Source: a virus (taxonomy: Duplodnaviria > Caudoviricetes). Taken from it: 59,955 bases of DNA. The position numbers and the translations under genes are program-made. Below are positions 9,409-19,033 of this stretch, piece by piece; position 1 is the stretch's first letter, and each line of letters starts with the position of its first letter. The stretch lies in the IMG/VR virus record IMGVR_UViG_3300047409_000695, positions 1 to 59,955 of that record. One strand, written 5' to 3'. Below the pieces are notes generated by a model. The model was given only the letters and a program-made list of their open reading frames with translations. It did not search any database and was not told where the DNA came from.

Positions 9409-10299
9409 CTACGCCGCGGGTTTCCGATACTTGCCGGTCGTCAGCGCCGACACCGCGCCCGACAGACGCTGGCTCGGTTGCGGACGCTGCATGACACTGC
9501 CCTTGACGACGTTCGACGTTTTGAAGACCGGCGACTCGTGGCCCTGCTGCGACTGGTGCCCGCCAGGGAGTGCGGCTTCGGACAAGCCGGCGACCCGGCC
9601 TTCCTCACGCGCGTTCTTGATGGCGGTCTCCCGCTCGAGCGTCGACGCCGCGATCCGCTTCTCGGGAATCCCGAACTGCGACTCCCAGCGCTTGACCGGA
9701 TCGAGGTTTTCGGTCTTGTTCGCCGCGATGTCTTTTTTGATGCCGTCGATGAATGCGCGACGGTTGAACTTCTCGCCGGTCAGTCGCTGATGCTCTTCGG
9801 CGATGTCGTCAATGGACGCGTTCAAATCGAGCATGTAGCTCGCGACGCCGCCGACCATCAGGTTCAGGTCTTTTCGCAGGGTCTTGTCATCGAACGCCAC
9901 GGCAGCCACCTTCTTCGGCTCGGGCGCTGGCTCGACATCGCCCAGCACAGTTTTCGGATCGACGCCGTGCTCTTCGGCCAGCCGCGTCAGCTTCTGCGTC
10001 AGGCGGAACGATCGGCTCTCTTCGGCTTCGATGCGCTCTTTCAGCTTCGTCGCGTTGCCCTGTTCGTCGGCGGTTAACGTCGCGAACTCGGCGAGGTCGG
10101 CATTCAGCCGCTCGTTCGCTTCGGCGAGCTCGTCTTTCGTTTTCTTGATTTTGTCCATCTCGCGGCTGTAGTCGGCCTGCATGAGTACGGACTTTTCGAG
10201 CTTGTCCGAGAACGGGGTCAGCTTCTCGAGGACGATGGCGATATCGGCATCGGCCATTCCCAGTTCACTTTTCAGGTACTTCTGTACGTCCAGTGCCAT
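9409..10299 (-). CDS. capsid scaffolding protein
   Basis: charged coiled-coil with MQADYSREMD motif, immediately upstream of the MCP. Confidence 0.7.
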   Translation of the reverse strand: MALDVQKYLKSELGMADADIAIVLEKLTPFSDKLEKSVLMQADYSREMDKIKKTKDELAEANERLNADLAEFATLTADEQGNATKLKERIEAEESRSFRLTQKLTRLAEEHGVDPKTVLGDVEPAPEPKKVAAVAFDDKTLRKDLNLMVGGVASYMLDLNASIDDIAEEHQRLTGEKFNRRAFIDGIKKDIAANKTENLDPVKRWESQFGIPEKRIAASTLERETAIKNAREEGRVAGLSEAALPGGHQSQQGHESPVFKTSNVVKGSVMQRPQPSQRLSGAVSALTTGKYRKPAA

Positions 10300-10351
10300 G
10301 GTCTTTCTACCTCCCCACCTTCCCGCGATGCTCTGCGGGGTCCAGTAGGAG

Positions 10352-10645
10352 TTATGGGAGTTCGTCTGCTGATGGCGTCTGTTTTGGCGCCTTCGCGGCG
10401 ATCCCGGTGATGACTTCCTGAATCAGCTTTCTGAACTTCTCTTGCTGGGGCTTGAGGAAGGGCAAGCCGGCCAGCAACTGATTGAACGACTCGCTCGCCG
10501 ACCGCACCTGACCGATCATCGCGTTCAGGTCCGGTCCACCGCCTTGCGGTGCGCCGGCCGGTGCGCCGGCTGCGGCCGGAGCGCCCCCGCCCGCGTTGGC
10601 GTCCATGCCCGTCGTCGGGCCGGCGCCTGGCACCATGGGCGGCAT
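10352..10645 (-). CDS. Pro/Gly/Ala-rich small protein
   Basis: 97 aa between portal and scaffold, coupled to the upstream peptide. Confidence 0.6.
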   Translation of the reverse strand: MPPMVPGAGPTTGMDANAGGGAPAAAGAPAGAPQGGGPDLNAMIGQVRSASESFNQLLAGLPFLKPQQEKFRKLIQEVITGIAAKAPKQTPSADELP

Positions 10646-10648
10646 CGA

Positions 10649-10774
10649 CTATCTCCGCGACTTGCCGCCGCGGCCTTTCATGCCTCGACCGAACGGGTTG
10701 TGCATCTGCGTCACGATGGACGCCTTCCGCCCGCCCTTTCGGCCTTTGCGGCCTTTGCTTCGTCGTCGCGCCAT
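10649..10774 (-). CDS. 41-aa Arg/Lys/Gly-rich (protamine-like) peptide
   Basis: MARRRSKGRKGRKGGRKASIVTQMHNPFGRGMKGRGGKSRR*, GAGG RBS; below the ORF-track cutoff. Confidence 0.7.
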   Translation of the reverse strand: MARRRSKGRKGRKGGRKASIVTQMHNPFGRGMKGRGGKSRR

Positions 10775-10813
10775 GGAAACCTCTGTGGAGAAAATGAATG
10801 ACTGCCCGGATCC

Positions 10814-10850
10814 GAGCGTGGGACGACGGTCAACACCGCCGTCCCCGCTC
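10814..10850. other. GC-rich hairpin in intergenic region
   Basis: gagcgtgggacgacggt-caac-accgccgtccccgctc. Confidence 0.6.
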
Positions 10851-10919
10851 GCCGCAAACCCTGTTTCGCCGAGGGGACCAACCGCCTATCCGCGGCTGCT
10901 CGTTTTCGGCGAGCGAGGT

Positions 10920-10979
10920 CTAGCGGTGCTTCTTGCGTCCGCCCTTGCGACCCTTGCGCCGGTCTCGAATCATGTCCAT
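10920..10979 (-). CDS. 19-aa basic micro-peptide
   Basis: MDMIRDRRKGRKGGRKKHR* preceded by GGAGGT Shine-Dalgarno; shares KGRKGGRK with 10649-10774. Confidence 0.6.
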   Translation of the reverse strand: MDMIRDRRKGRKGGRKKHR

Positions 10980-11060
10980 GTGGACCTCCACTTTCAGTCA
11001 CCCGAGGATCGGGCACTGCACGCCGGAAGAATGCGACAGGACGTCGCTGATTGGAAGAGG

Positions 11061-11297
11061 TTACGAGACGTTGTCGTGCAGTGGTTGCACGGATGCCGAC
11101 AAACCGGGCGGTGTTCGGCACGTCAATCGGACGCGCACCGATTCGATATCGACCCGCACGCCGCGATCGGGAGACTCGACGCCGATCAGAATCCGGTCAC
11201 GAATCCAGTAGTAGATCGTGCGTCGCGACACGCCGAAGATCTCCATGCACTCTTCGATCAACAGCGTCGTGCGTGTGGTCCGCGAGATATCGATCAT
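11061..11297 (-). CDS. excisionase/MerR-like HTH DNA-binding protein
   Basis: EECMEIFGVSRRTIYYWIRD; ATGA-coupled to the portal. Confidence 0.7.
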   Translation of the reverse strand: MIDISRTTRTTLLIEECMEIFGVSRRTIYYWIRDRILIGVESPDRGVRVDIESVRVRLTCRTPPGLSASVQPLHDNVS

Positions 11298-13303
11298 GAC
11301 GTCGTGATGGTCTGACGACTGCCGCCGTCTTTCCCTTTCAACTGCGGCGCCTTTTTATTCGTCGGCGGACGTCCTGGCCCCTGGCCGGCCGGACCGCCCT
11401 GTAGTTCTTCGGCGAGCTCTCGTGTGATGTGCTGCTCGGCGACCCAGCGCTCGAACATATTGTGCGTGCCCTCCGGCTCCGGCCCGAGGTTCGAGAGCTT
11501 GAACGACTTCCCGATCGTCCACCAATCGATCGGCAGCCCGGCTTTCCGCAACTGCAGCAGGGCCAGCCGGTTCACCATCCGATACATCTCGTGCACGCCG
11601 GATTCGGTGATGACGTACTTGAACTCGTTGAAGTACCGGCGTGCGCGCTCGATCTTGGCGTCTGGTTGCTCGCCTTCGATCGGCGGCACGAGTTGATCGG
11701 GGTTGAAGACTTCGTCGTGCATTCCTCTCGGGTCATCCGGCCCGAACTCCATGGCGTCGGTCTCGTCCTCCGATGGCCCGGCGACCTGAATGACCTTCGA
11801 GCGGCTGTAGAACTGGAAGTAGTACGCCAGGCGCCACGTCCCCAGTTGCCACAACGGCCGCTCGAGTTGACGCATGAGATCCTGCACCAACGGCCCGGCC
11901 ATCTCGATCAGCTTCTCGAGCGTGCCTTCACCCGGTACCTGTTTCGCCTTCGCAACAGCGACCAGGTCCGGCGTGCCCATCTGATTATCAAGGCGAGCCT
12001 CTTGTTGTTTGATCCACTCTGGAATAACGGCCGGCACGTCGTACAACTGATACGGCACCGGGAACTTGATCAGGTCGCCGGCGTCGAGGTTCGCACCGGC
12101 TCGAGACCCCGCCTTGCGCGGATCGAACGACTTCGCGAACCCTTCCGACGCTTTCTGGTCGTCGTAGATGTACGGCGGGTCCAGCCGAGCGGCACACGAG
12201 TCTTCGATATACCGCATCAGCGCGACGATGCCCTCTTGTAGCTTGTTCGGCGCCGCCAGCATCGATCGGCCGAGCGCTTCCCAGGCCAGGTCGTTGAACA
12301 GCGTGCGCGCGAGCGGCACCTGGCCGTGCCACCACGGCGAGCTCCCGTCGTAGATCGTGAACGTGCGCGTGAAGACCGTGTAGCGCCGGTACGGGAACAG
12401 CCGGCAGTCCTTCGCCGTCGCCGAGCGGGTCTCCGGCGTCTGCGTGCCTGGGACCATCCGTCCGGTCGGAATCGCCGACCCGAGGACCGGCACCTTGTAC
12501 GACCAGTTCGTGCCGTGCGTGCCCATCGTGACCGGCACCGGTTTCTCGTTCACGGCGTTGTCGAGCGTGTACATCTTGAAGATGTCGACGGTCGGAAACG
12601 ATCCGGTCTGCTTGCGGCCCGAATTTCCGGCGACGCGGAGCGCCGGCGACCCGCCCATCAGCCGTTGCAGCTTCCGGAGACCCTTCATCAGCCAGCCCGG
12701 GGCGTCACGATCGGCGACAAACCGGCTCGCGAAGAACGGGTATTCCCGTCGGGCCAGGTTGATCGGAACTTCTTCCTTGATGATGACGGCGTACGCCTTC
12801 TGGATATCGTGGTCGGCCGGCAACTGCAGAAACGTGACGTTGGCCGGGTTGACCGCCGTCAGTCGAATCTCCTGCTCGTCACGGTCGTAGTCTTCGTAGA
12901 GATAGCCCGTGCCGAGTGCGGCCGCGTACTGCAGGTTGGCGCGTTGCTTGTCGTGAGCGTTGGACTCGCGGTACCAGTGGCGGTCTAACTTCGTGAGGAT
13001 GTGGGCGCGGTCGTAGAGCTCTTTATTCCATCGCGCCTTGTACTCGCCGTCGTGTCGGAAATTGGCCAGCGACGCGACGATGTCCCTGAAATTTCGTTCG
13101 ACCTTGTCGTATCCAACGTTGCTGAGACCGTCGACCGGCATCGCGGCCATGTCCGGCCCGAGGCTGTCGAGCACCTTGTCCCATTCAGTTGTCGGACGCT
13201 GGGCGCCGAGCCAGGCTTCCCCCTCTGAGACGGCCTCGAGCAGCCACGGCAGCAGAATGTCGTTGGACGATCCGTAGCTTGGGATCTCGTGGGAGCCGGC
13301 CAT
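11294..13303 (-). CDS. portal protein (P22-like)
   Basis: 669 aa downstream of terL; helical; SSPWWHGQVPL...GRSML motif. Confidence 0.75.
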   Translation of the reverse strand: MAGSHEIPSYGSSNDILLPWLLEAVSEGEAWLGAQRPTTEWDKVLDSLGPDMAAMPVDGLSNVGYDKVERNFRDIVASLANFRHDGEYKARWNKELYDRAHILTKLDRHWYRESNAHDKQRANLQYAAALGTGYLYEDYDRDEQEIRLTAVNPANVTFLQLPADHDIQKAYAVIIKEEVPINLARREYPFFASRFVADRDAPGWLMKGLRKLQRLMGGSPALRVAGNSGRKQTGSFPTVDIFKMYTLDNAVNEKPVPVTMGTHGTNWSYKVPVLGSAIPTGRMVPGTQTPETRSATAKDCRLFPYRRYTVFTRTFTIYDGSSPWWHGQVPLARTLFNDLAWEALGRSMLAAPNKLQEGIVALMRYIEDSCAARLDPPYIYDDQKASEGFAKSFDPRKAGSRAGANLDAGDLIKFPVPYQLYDVPAVIPEWIKQQEARLDNQMGTPDLVAVAKAKQVPGEGTLEKLIEMAGPLVQDLMRQLERPLWQLGTWRLAYYFQFYSRSKVIQVAGPSEDETDAMEFGPDDPRGMHDEVFNPDQLVPPIEGEQPDAKIERARRYFNEFKYVITESGVHEMYRMVNRLALLQLRKAGLPIDWWTIGKSFKLSNLGPEPEGTHNMFERWVAEQHITRELAEELQGGPAGQGPGRPPTNKKAPQLKGKDGGSRQTITTS

Positions 13304-13944
13304 CAGTCGCGGAACCTGCGACCGTCAGAACCGCGCGAGTCGTCGCGATTCGATCGATCGTTCGAGTAGACCTCGACGAAGATCCCGCCTTCATAGGCCC
13401 GTGGCCGAGGCCGTTCGTAGTTCTGAGCTTGGGCTGCCTGCATGATCGCGATGCCGCGCTCGGACATCTTAACGGATTTCATCCGTCCGGTCCGCCGACC
13501 CTTCTCGTCCACTTCGGGAATCTGAAACGAGTTCCGCAAGCCGTGCGTGATCTCGGACCGACGACGCTTTTCCGCCATCTCTCGCATCTCGAGCCGACGT
13601 TCTACCTTGCGCGCGATCTCCGAGGCCTCGCGGGTGTTGACGTCCCGCTCGAACTTTCGGACTTCGGCGAACCCGCGGAGCTCCACACGCTGATAGCCCA
13701 GACGCTCGTAGTTGTCGACCGACCGGCCGCTCGTGGCGCCAGGGAACCGATACGATCCGTCCGGCGCCTTGAAGACGACGACGGCCGCGGCTGACGACCG
13801 GGACGAGATCAGCGAGTACTCCCGAATCGTTTCTGTGCCGCACTTCGGACACGGCGGCAGGACGTCCGACTGAGACATCGCCCGCATGTCGTTGAAGATG
13901 GCCTCGCACTCGGCGTTCGTGCACTTCTGCCCGTAAATCGGCAT
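13303..13944 (-). CDS. FmdB-like zinc-ribbon protein
   Basis: true start MPIYGQKCTNAEC...CPKCG at 13944, coupled to the terL stop. Confidence 0.75.
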   Translation of the reverse strand: MPIYGQKCTNAECEAIFNDMRAMSQSDVLPPCPKCGTETIREYSLISSRSSAAAVVVFKAPDGSYRFPGATSGRSVDNYERLGYQRVELRGFAEVRKFERDVNTREASEIARKVERRLEMREMAEKRRRSEITHGLRNSFQIPEVDEKGRRTGRMKSVKMSERGIAIMQAAQAQNYERPRPRAYEGGIFVEVYSNDRSNRDDSRGSDGRRFRD

Positions 13945-16166
13945 CACTGTCTCCCGTACGGCCGACGGAGCGGCCCCAGCGTCGCTTTCCCTCGCGGCGT
14001 GCGCTCTACTTGCAGCGCCAGCGCGTTCCCCGTGTCGACCGCCTGTAGGCCGGGCGACCACGTTGCGTAGTGGCCAACGCCCTGCAGCATGTGCGCCGTG
14101 TCCTCGCGGGCTTCCGGCATGTACTGCGGCAGGTTCCGCCGATAGCTCGTGCTCCGACGTGCGTCCGGGGGGTCGAGACTGAAGATGATAAACCCCAGCG
14201 CCATCACGCGGTCGTCTTTCGTGTTGTACGCGGCGCGCGCCGACACTTCTTCGGGATCGCGCTCGAGCGTCGCGAGCTCGCCGACCAGCCAGTAAGACCC
14301 GATGTCGAGGCACTCTTCGTCGATCAGCGTCAGGAACTTGTCCATCATCATCGAACGGAACCAGACGTTCGTGAACACTCCGAATTTGTGCACCTTGCCG
14401 TCGGGAATCTGCCGCTTGTTGTCGTACTTTTTCCACGGATGGAAATTCGTCCAGCCGCGGGACTGCATCTGTGACTGGACGATCTCGCCGTTGCCCTTGC
14501 ACTCGACGGCGACTCGGCACTGCGTCCGTCGACCGACCTTCGGGTTGAACACCGAATAGAAGCACGCTAGCGCCAGGGCCATCGGCCACAACTGATCGGC
14601 CTTCACGTACGGGCTCGCGAACTCGGCGCACTGCCCGAACGGTCGATCGGCTGAGAACTTTCGCGCGACCTCGAGTACCGACCAGTCCTCGCCGATGCCG
14701 TCCGACGTGTCGACGCCGAGGCCGTACGTTTCCCCGTCTTCTGGGAACTCGTAGATGAACAGCTTGAACATCGGGTCGTAGCCGGCGTAGCCGTCGAATT
14801 TCAGTGGGATGAACTGATAGACCTCAGTCGATCGGATGACGCCGGCGACGCGGACCGTGATGATCGGCGGGGCGTCCGGGCCGATCCACCACTGATTCTG
14901 GGGCGGAATCAGCGACCGATGAATCCCGGAGCCGATGATCGCATACACCCCGAGCGGTGGTCGGACCTGCTCCCGGTAGTTCAGGATCACGTCCTGATCG
15001 ACGACCGAGACCCCGGTGTTCTGGAAGGCTTCCTGATCGTCCGCCGGCATCTCGGCCAGGAACTTGTTCAGGGTCTTCTTCCGGATCGCCATGTCGCGCT
15101 CGAGCTCGTAGAACCACATCTGCTCCCGGGGCATCTGCCAATCGCGGTCGCCTTTCGCCAAGTGTTTCAGCAACGAAGGACGCGAGAGCACGTAAGCCCT
15201 CGCACGTTCGGCATGGTGAATCGTCCGGTCGCTGGGCACCCAGTCGCGCGGAATCGGCCGGGCGCGCAGGTCGGTCGGCGTCGGGTAGATGTCGATGCCC
15301 ACAAACCACGGCAAAAACTCGCCGCGGAGCCTCGATCGTCCTCGAGGCCATTCCGTCTTGACGATCTCCCAGGAGTCCGCCCACCAGTTGTCGCGGCCGA
15401 GCGCCGTCGACTCGAGCGACACGAAGACGTCCGGCGTTTCGTGGACGGCGCGAATGAATGACGAGTCGATGTCCTCTTCCGCGTTGTCCCATGACGAGAC
15501 CTCCGACAACTGGCCGACGTTCGGCGTGGCGCCTCGAGCGACCCCATGGAACTGGTTGCCGGCCTGAATCGACAACCGGGTGTTGATGGCGCCGAACTCG
15601 ACGATCATGTTCTTCTCGAACTTGTCCTTCGCCGAGCTCGGGAGCAACCACCACGGTTGTTCCTCGAGACAGAACTTGATCATCTGGCCCATCTCGACGG
15701 TCTTCTTCGGGTCGGCGGACGCCACGATCGCGTTGGTGCGCTGCCAGAACTGGAATCGGTGCGTGACGGCCATCTGATTGACCGTCGTGATCCCTAACTG
15801 CCGGGCCTTCAACTGCTGCAGCATGATGGCCAGGGCGAGCTCTTCGTGCTCGGCCCAGATATCCATCACGATCGACTGGGCGACGTTCGGCCGAAACGGC
15901 ACCACGTTCTTTTCCCAGTCGATGATGCGGGCGTAGTTCGAGGACCAGTACCGGAAATCGAGCGCACAGATCTTCCGCTCGTTCCGGATGAACTGCACTT
16001 CCTTTTCGTCCAGCCGGCGGATCAGCCGGCCGGTCTCTTTGTCGCGCAGGTCTTCGAAGTGCGAGATCGCGTCTTCGATTTGGCTTTCGGAGTGGTACTG
16101 CAGTTGCCAACCGACCTCGCGGCTGGCTTCCTCGATCATCTGGGCCGTGACGATCGGGCTATACAT
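13944..16166 (-). CDS. terL: terminase large subunit
   Basis: LKARQLGITT Walker A, ESTALG coupling motif, YGLGVDTSDG and DDRVMA RNase H-like nuclease residues. Confidence 0.9.
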   Translation of the reverse strand: MYSPIVTAQMIEEASREVGWQLQYHSESQIEDAISHFEDLRDKETGRLIRRLDEKEVQFIRNERKICALDFRYWSSNYARIIDWEKNVVPFRPNVAQSIVMDIWAEHEELALAIMLQQLKARQLGITTVNQMAVTHRFQFWQRTNAIVASADPKKTVEMGQMIKFCLEEQPWWLLPSSAKDKFEKNMIVEFGAINTRLSIQAGNQFHGVARGATPNVGQLSEVSSWDNAEEDIDSSFIRAVHETPDVFVSLESTALGRDNWWADSWEIVKTEWPRGRSRLRGEFLPWFVGIDIYPTPTDLRARPIPRDWVPSDRTIHHAERARAYVLSRPSLLKHLAKGDRDWQMPREQMWFYELERDMAIRKKTLNKFLAEMPADDQEAFQNTGVSVVDQDVILNYREQVRPPLGVYAIIGSGIHRSLIPPQNQWWIGPDAPPIITVRVAGVIRSTEVYQFIPLKFDGYAGYDPMFKLFIYEFPEDGETYGLGVDTSDGIGEDWSVLEVARKFSADRPFGQCAEFASPYVKADQLWPMALALACFYSVFNPKVGRRTQCRVAVECKGNGEIVQSQMQSRGWTNFHPWKKYDNKRQIPDGKVHKFGVFTNVWFRSMMMDKFLTLIDEECLDIGSYWLVGELATLERDPEEVSARAAYNTKDDRVMALGFIIFSLDPPDARRSTSYRRNLPQYMPEAREDTAHMLQGVGHYATWSPGLQAVDTGNALALQVERTPRGKATLGPLRRPYGRQ

Positions 16167-16767
16167 CAGCGTCCACGTCGACGGACCGCTCGGGCGGCGT
16201 GCGCTCGAGTAATCGACGCTGGACGCGGTCCTTTGCCGGATGCAGGTCTTCCATGTCGTCCAGAAAGCTCGGGACGGACGCGTCAGAACTAGTCACGGCT
16301 GCGGCTGCGGCTTTCGATTCGGCGTTGGCGTTCGCGTTGACGTTGATCGTCTGCCCGTGCGGCGATGGCAGGAACCCGCCGTGCTGCAAGACCTTGTGTC
16401 GATCAAGCATCGCGATCTGGGCGTGCGGTCCGCCAATCCGCGTCGCCGACTTCATCATCTGGCGAACGACCCTCGGCGCGAACGCGGCGTAGACCATCTC
16501 ACTGGTCTGACTGTTGATCAGCATCGCGGCGCTGACGGCCGCGGCCATGAGCTCGTTCGGATGCACGCCGGCGACCATGGCGACCTCATCGAACGGCACG
16601 ACGTTCTGCTCACGGTCGCTCAGCGTCTGCCAGATCTGCCAGAACGCGACGCCGACCGGATCTTGGCTTTGCGCGGAGAGATAGACGGCCTCAATGAACT
16701 TCTTCCGGCCGATGAATTTCGTGGCTTCCGACAACGGCCGCATCCCTTTGACGGTCTGCAGCGTCAT
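16159..16767 (-). CDS. putative terminase small subunit
   Basis: 202 aa helical protein overlapping the terL start; ATG at 16767 (MTLQTVKG); positional call only. Confidence 0.45.
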   Translation of the reverse strand: MTLQTVKGMRPLSEATKFIGRKKFIEAVYLSAQSQDPVGVAFWQIWQTLSDREQNVVPFDEVAMVAGVHPNELMAAAVSAAMLINSQTSEMVYAAFAPRVVRQMMKSATRIGGPHAQIAMLDRHKVLQHGGFLPSPHGQTINVNANANAESKAAAAAVTSSDASVPSFLDDMEDLHPAKDRVQRRLLERTPPERSVDVDADV

Positions 16768-16781
16768 CTTCTGCTTGCGGG

Positions 16782-17057
16782 CTACACGTTGGAGTTTTCG
16801 TTGGGTACGATCGTAGCCGGTACTTCGTTCGAGTCCGACCGCTTCCGGCGCGCGTCCTCCTGAATCCGCGTTTCCCGGGTGGCCCGGTACACGTTTTTCT
16901 CCGTCACCTTGTCCGTCGACCGCCTCGCTGAAAAAGCACGTATCGGGGAATCGTCGAGTACGACTCCGCATTTCGATAACAGGGCTCGGAGCGCGGCGTT
17001 CTCCCGTTTCAGGCTTTCGATCAGGCCGTCCTTCAGTTGACCCTTGGTCTTCCACAC
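16782..17057 (-). CDS. hypothetical coiled-coil protein
   Basis: IESLKRENAALRALL heptads; tight operon packing. Confidence 0.6.
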   Translation of the reverse strand: MWKTKGQLKDGLIESLKRENAALRALLSKCGVVLDDSPIRAFSARRSTDKVTEKNVYRATRETRIQEDARRKRSDSNEVPATIVPNENSNV

Positions 17058-17069
17058 CGTCCACCTGTC

Positions 17070-17333
17070 CTATCGGCGCTTGCCGCCGCGTCGACGGGCG
17101 CGGCCACGACGCCCGCGGCCTGATTTCGGATCACGACCCGCCATCGACCGCCCGACGCGAGACAGCGCGTCCATCTGCTCGCCGTGGGCACGCGTCGCGC
17201 CCTGCATCCGGCCTTTGTCGCCGCGGATCTCTTCGGCGCGCGTGAGCGTCCGGAGATCGTCTTCGGCCCGGTACTTGTCGTGTTCTTTCGACTGGACCGG
17301 ACTCGCCAGGTTCTTGCCTTTGTCTTTTTTCAT
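17070..17333 (-). CDS. basic protein with Arg-rich C-terminus
   Basis: RAEDDLRTLTRAEEIRGD...GRGRRGRARRRGGKRR. Confidence 0.7.
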   Translation of the reverse strand: MKKDKGKNLASPVQSKEHDKYRAEDDLRTLTRAEEIRGDKGRMQGATRAHGEQMDALSRVGRSMAGRDPKSGRGRRGRARRRGGKRR

Positions 17334-17512
17334 CGACGGCCTCGACGGCTGCGTTTACGACCTTTTTTCCGGCCCACGCGTTCCGGCAGTTTCTTGCCCT
17401 TCGACGCTCGAGCGCGGCCGACCGCGTCTTCCATCGAAACCTCGCCGCGGTTGGCCTTCGCGAACATCAGCCGTTGCTGGGCCTTGCTCTTGTTCTGGCT
17501 GAACGGCGGCAT
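17330..17512 (-). CDS. small basic protein (KSKAQQRLMFA / KKLPERV type phage late protein)
   Basis: 60 aa, very basic, AGGA RBS. Confidence 0.7.
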   Translation of the reverse strand: MPPFSQNKSKAQQRLMFAKANRGEVSMEDAVGRARASKGKKLPERVGRKKGRKRSRRGRR

Positions 17513-17530
17513 CGGTTCCTTCTGGCCTTG

Positions 17531-17560
17531 GCCCGGTGAACGATGGTCTGTTCACCGGGC
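17531..17560. promoter_or_regulatory. perfect 11-bp inverted repeat just upstream of the late operon
   Basis: gcccggtgaac-gatggtct-gttcaccgggc. Confidence 0.55.
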
Positions 17561-17677
17561 TTCGGCTCTTTGTAATGGCGCCAGCGGGTACGTTGCCACG
17601 AACTCAGTTACGGACGATCCCGCCTTTTTCTACACATCCCGGTTTCCCGGAGTGCGCCTGCTCGTTGGGGTATAGCG

Positions 17678-18538
17678 CTACAGCCCCAGTGGCGGCAGGT
17701 CCGCCATCAACGGGCCGAATTTTCCTTGTGTCACGATCCGTCGGCCCGGTACCTCGAGGCCTAGTTGCTCGCGGAGCGCGTCCGGCGGCGTCTCGACCTC
17801 GCCGGTTTCGTCAAACTCTCGACGTTCCCGCTTCAGCACGAACACGACCTTGTCGCAGTACTGCTCGGCGATCTCTTCGGGCAGCGCTTCCTTCTGGCGG
17901 ATCATCGTGATGTCGAAGCTCTGATCGCCGGCTTCAGCCTCGACGGTCACAACCAGTTTCACGGCGTACCGCGGATACGACGCGGCGACGCCGAACCGCA
18001 GGTCCGACGTCAACTGGGGCGCGAGTTCGTCCATCAGTTGTTTGATCGTCTCGGCGATCTCCGTACCGTCCAGCGCGAAGTACTCGCCGGCGCCGCCGCC
18101 GAAACCGCCCGTGACCTCGAGCGGGTTCTTACTGCGGTGCGCTGAGTACGCCGTGCCTGGTATCCCGCGGGCCGGACCGGCGTTCACCGGATCTTCCTCG
18201 AGGGACGCGGCCGGACGTGTGAGATCGGCGGGTCGCTGATGTGGGGGAGCGCTGGCGGCGATGACGCTGGGCGGCGTCTGGACGGTGTGGGCCGCGGCGA
18301 CGACGCCGTTACCCGATCCCGGGGCGCCGGTCGCCTTCAGCGGTTCAAGCTGGCGTTCGTTCTGTCGGGCCATCTCGGCCGGCGTCCGCACGACGCCCGT
18401 CGGTAGACCGGTCTCGCGAGAGAACTCGTGGATCGCGCCGGCATCATGCTGCAACGGCTGCGTCGGCTGCATCGGCGCGTCTGGGGGCGGTACGGCACCG
18501 ATCGTGCCTGTCGGCGGAAGTGGTTCAGTCGTTCGCAT
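17678..18538 (-). CDS. hypothetical protein, Pro-rich N-terminus
   Basis: GAGGA RBS before MRTTEPLPP. Confidence 0.65.
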   Translation of the reverse strand: MRTTEPLPPTGTIGAVPPPDAPMQPTQPLQHDAGAIHEFSRETGLPTGVVRTPAEMARQNERQLEPLKATGAPGSGNGVVAAAHTVQTPPSVIAASAPPHQRPADLTRPAASLEEDPVNAGPARGIPGTAYSAHRSKNPLEVTGGFGGGAGEYFALDGTEIAETIKQLMDELAPQLTSDLRFGVAASYPRYAVKLVVTVEAEAGDQSFDITMIRQKEALPEEIAEQYCDKVVFVLKRERREFDETGEVETPPDALREQLGLEVPGRRIVTQGKFGPLMADLPPLGL

Positions 18539-18992
18539 CGCACGTCCTCTCGGGTCGACGGGCAGTATCGGTCTCAACCGGAGCCGGGGTCAAGTCCGGA
18601 AACAACTCGCCGTTTGATTTCTTCAGCCGGCGGGTCGCCGCGGCCGTCTCTTGATGATGCTCGCTGTCGTACCGCAAGTGGTGTAGCTGACAGCCGGCCT
18701 TCAGGTTTTCGTCCCGACAATCCGTCGGGTCGTGATTCAGGTGCGCGATCGTTAGAACCACCTTCACCGGGTACCACAACGTCGTTTCCATGTAGTTCAG
18801 CGCCGTCTCGAAGGGCCACCACTGCTCGCGGTCCTCGAACGACCGGCCGATCAGGTCGCCGTTGTGGGCGTTGCAGCGTGACCCGTCGGCCCGTTCGAAC
18901 TCACACCGGTAGTCGGCGCGCACCAGAATCCGGTCTCGAACCGCGTTCCAGTCCGGCGGGTATTTCGCTGCGTTTTCTGGCTTGATCGGCAT
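18525..18992 (-). CDS. HNH-like phage protein
   Basis: MPIKPENAAKYPPDW...VVLTIAHLNHDPTDCRDENLKAGCQLHHLRYD. Confidence 0.75.
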   Translation of the reverse strand: MPIKPENAAKYPPDWNAVRDRILVRADYRCEFERADGSRCNAHNGDLIGRSFEDREQWWPFETALNYMETTLWYPVKVVLTIAHLNHDPTDCRDENLKAGCQLHHLRYDSEHHQETAAATRRLKKSNGELFPDLTPAPVETDTARRPERTCDAND

Positions 18993-19009
18993 CCTGGCTC
19001 TGCTATAGT
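18982..19009 (+). promoter_or_regulatory. putative sigma70 promoter for the antisense TM peptide
   Basis: TTGATC-N16-TATAGT with TG at the extended -10 position. Confidence 0.45.
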
Positions 19010-19033
19010 GCCCGCATACTGCTGAGTTCACCG

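Noticed and set aside
10775-10920. Hammerhead ribozyme (GAAA motifs and hairpins)
   Set aside because: No CUGANGA core found on the transcribed strand
13945-14631. Long N-terminal extension of the 13303..14631 ORF (similarly the ORF-track starts at 17064, 21691, 32963, 40418, 46437)
   Set aside because: These extensions overlap upstream genes; coupled downstream starts and domain boundaries give shorter CDSs
17583-17598. Third sigma54 promoter (TGGCAACGTACCCGCT, minus strand)
   Set aside because: The GG-N10-GC spacing fits, but the -12 element is poor and no enhancer palindrome accompanies it
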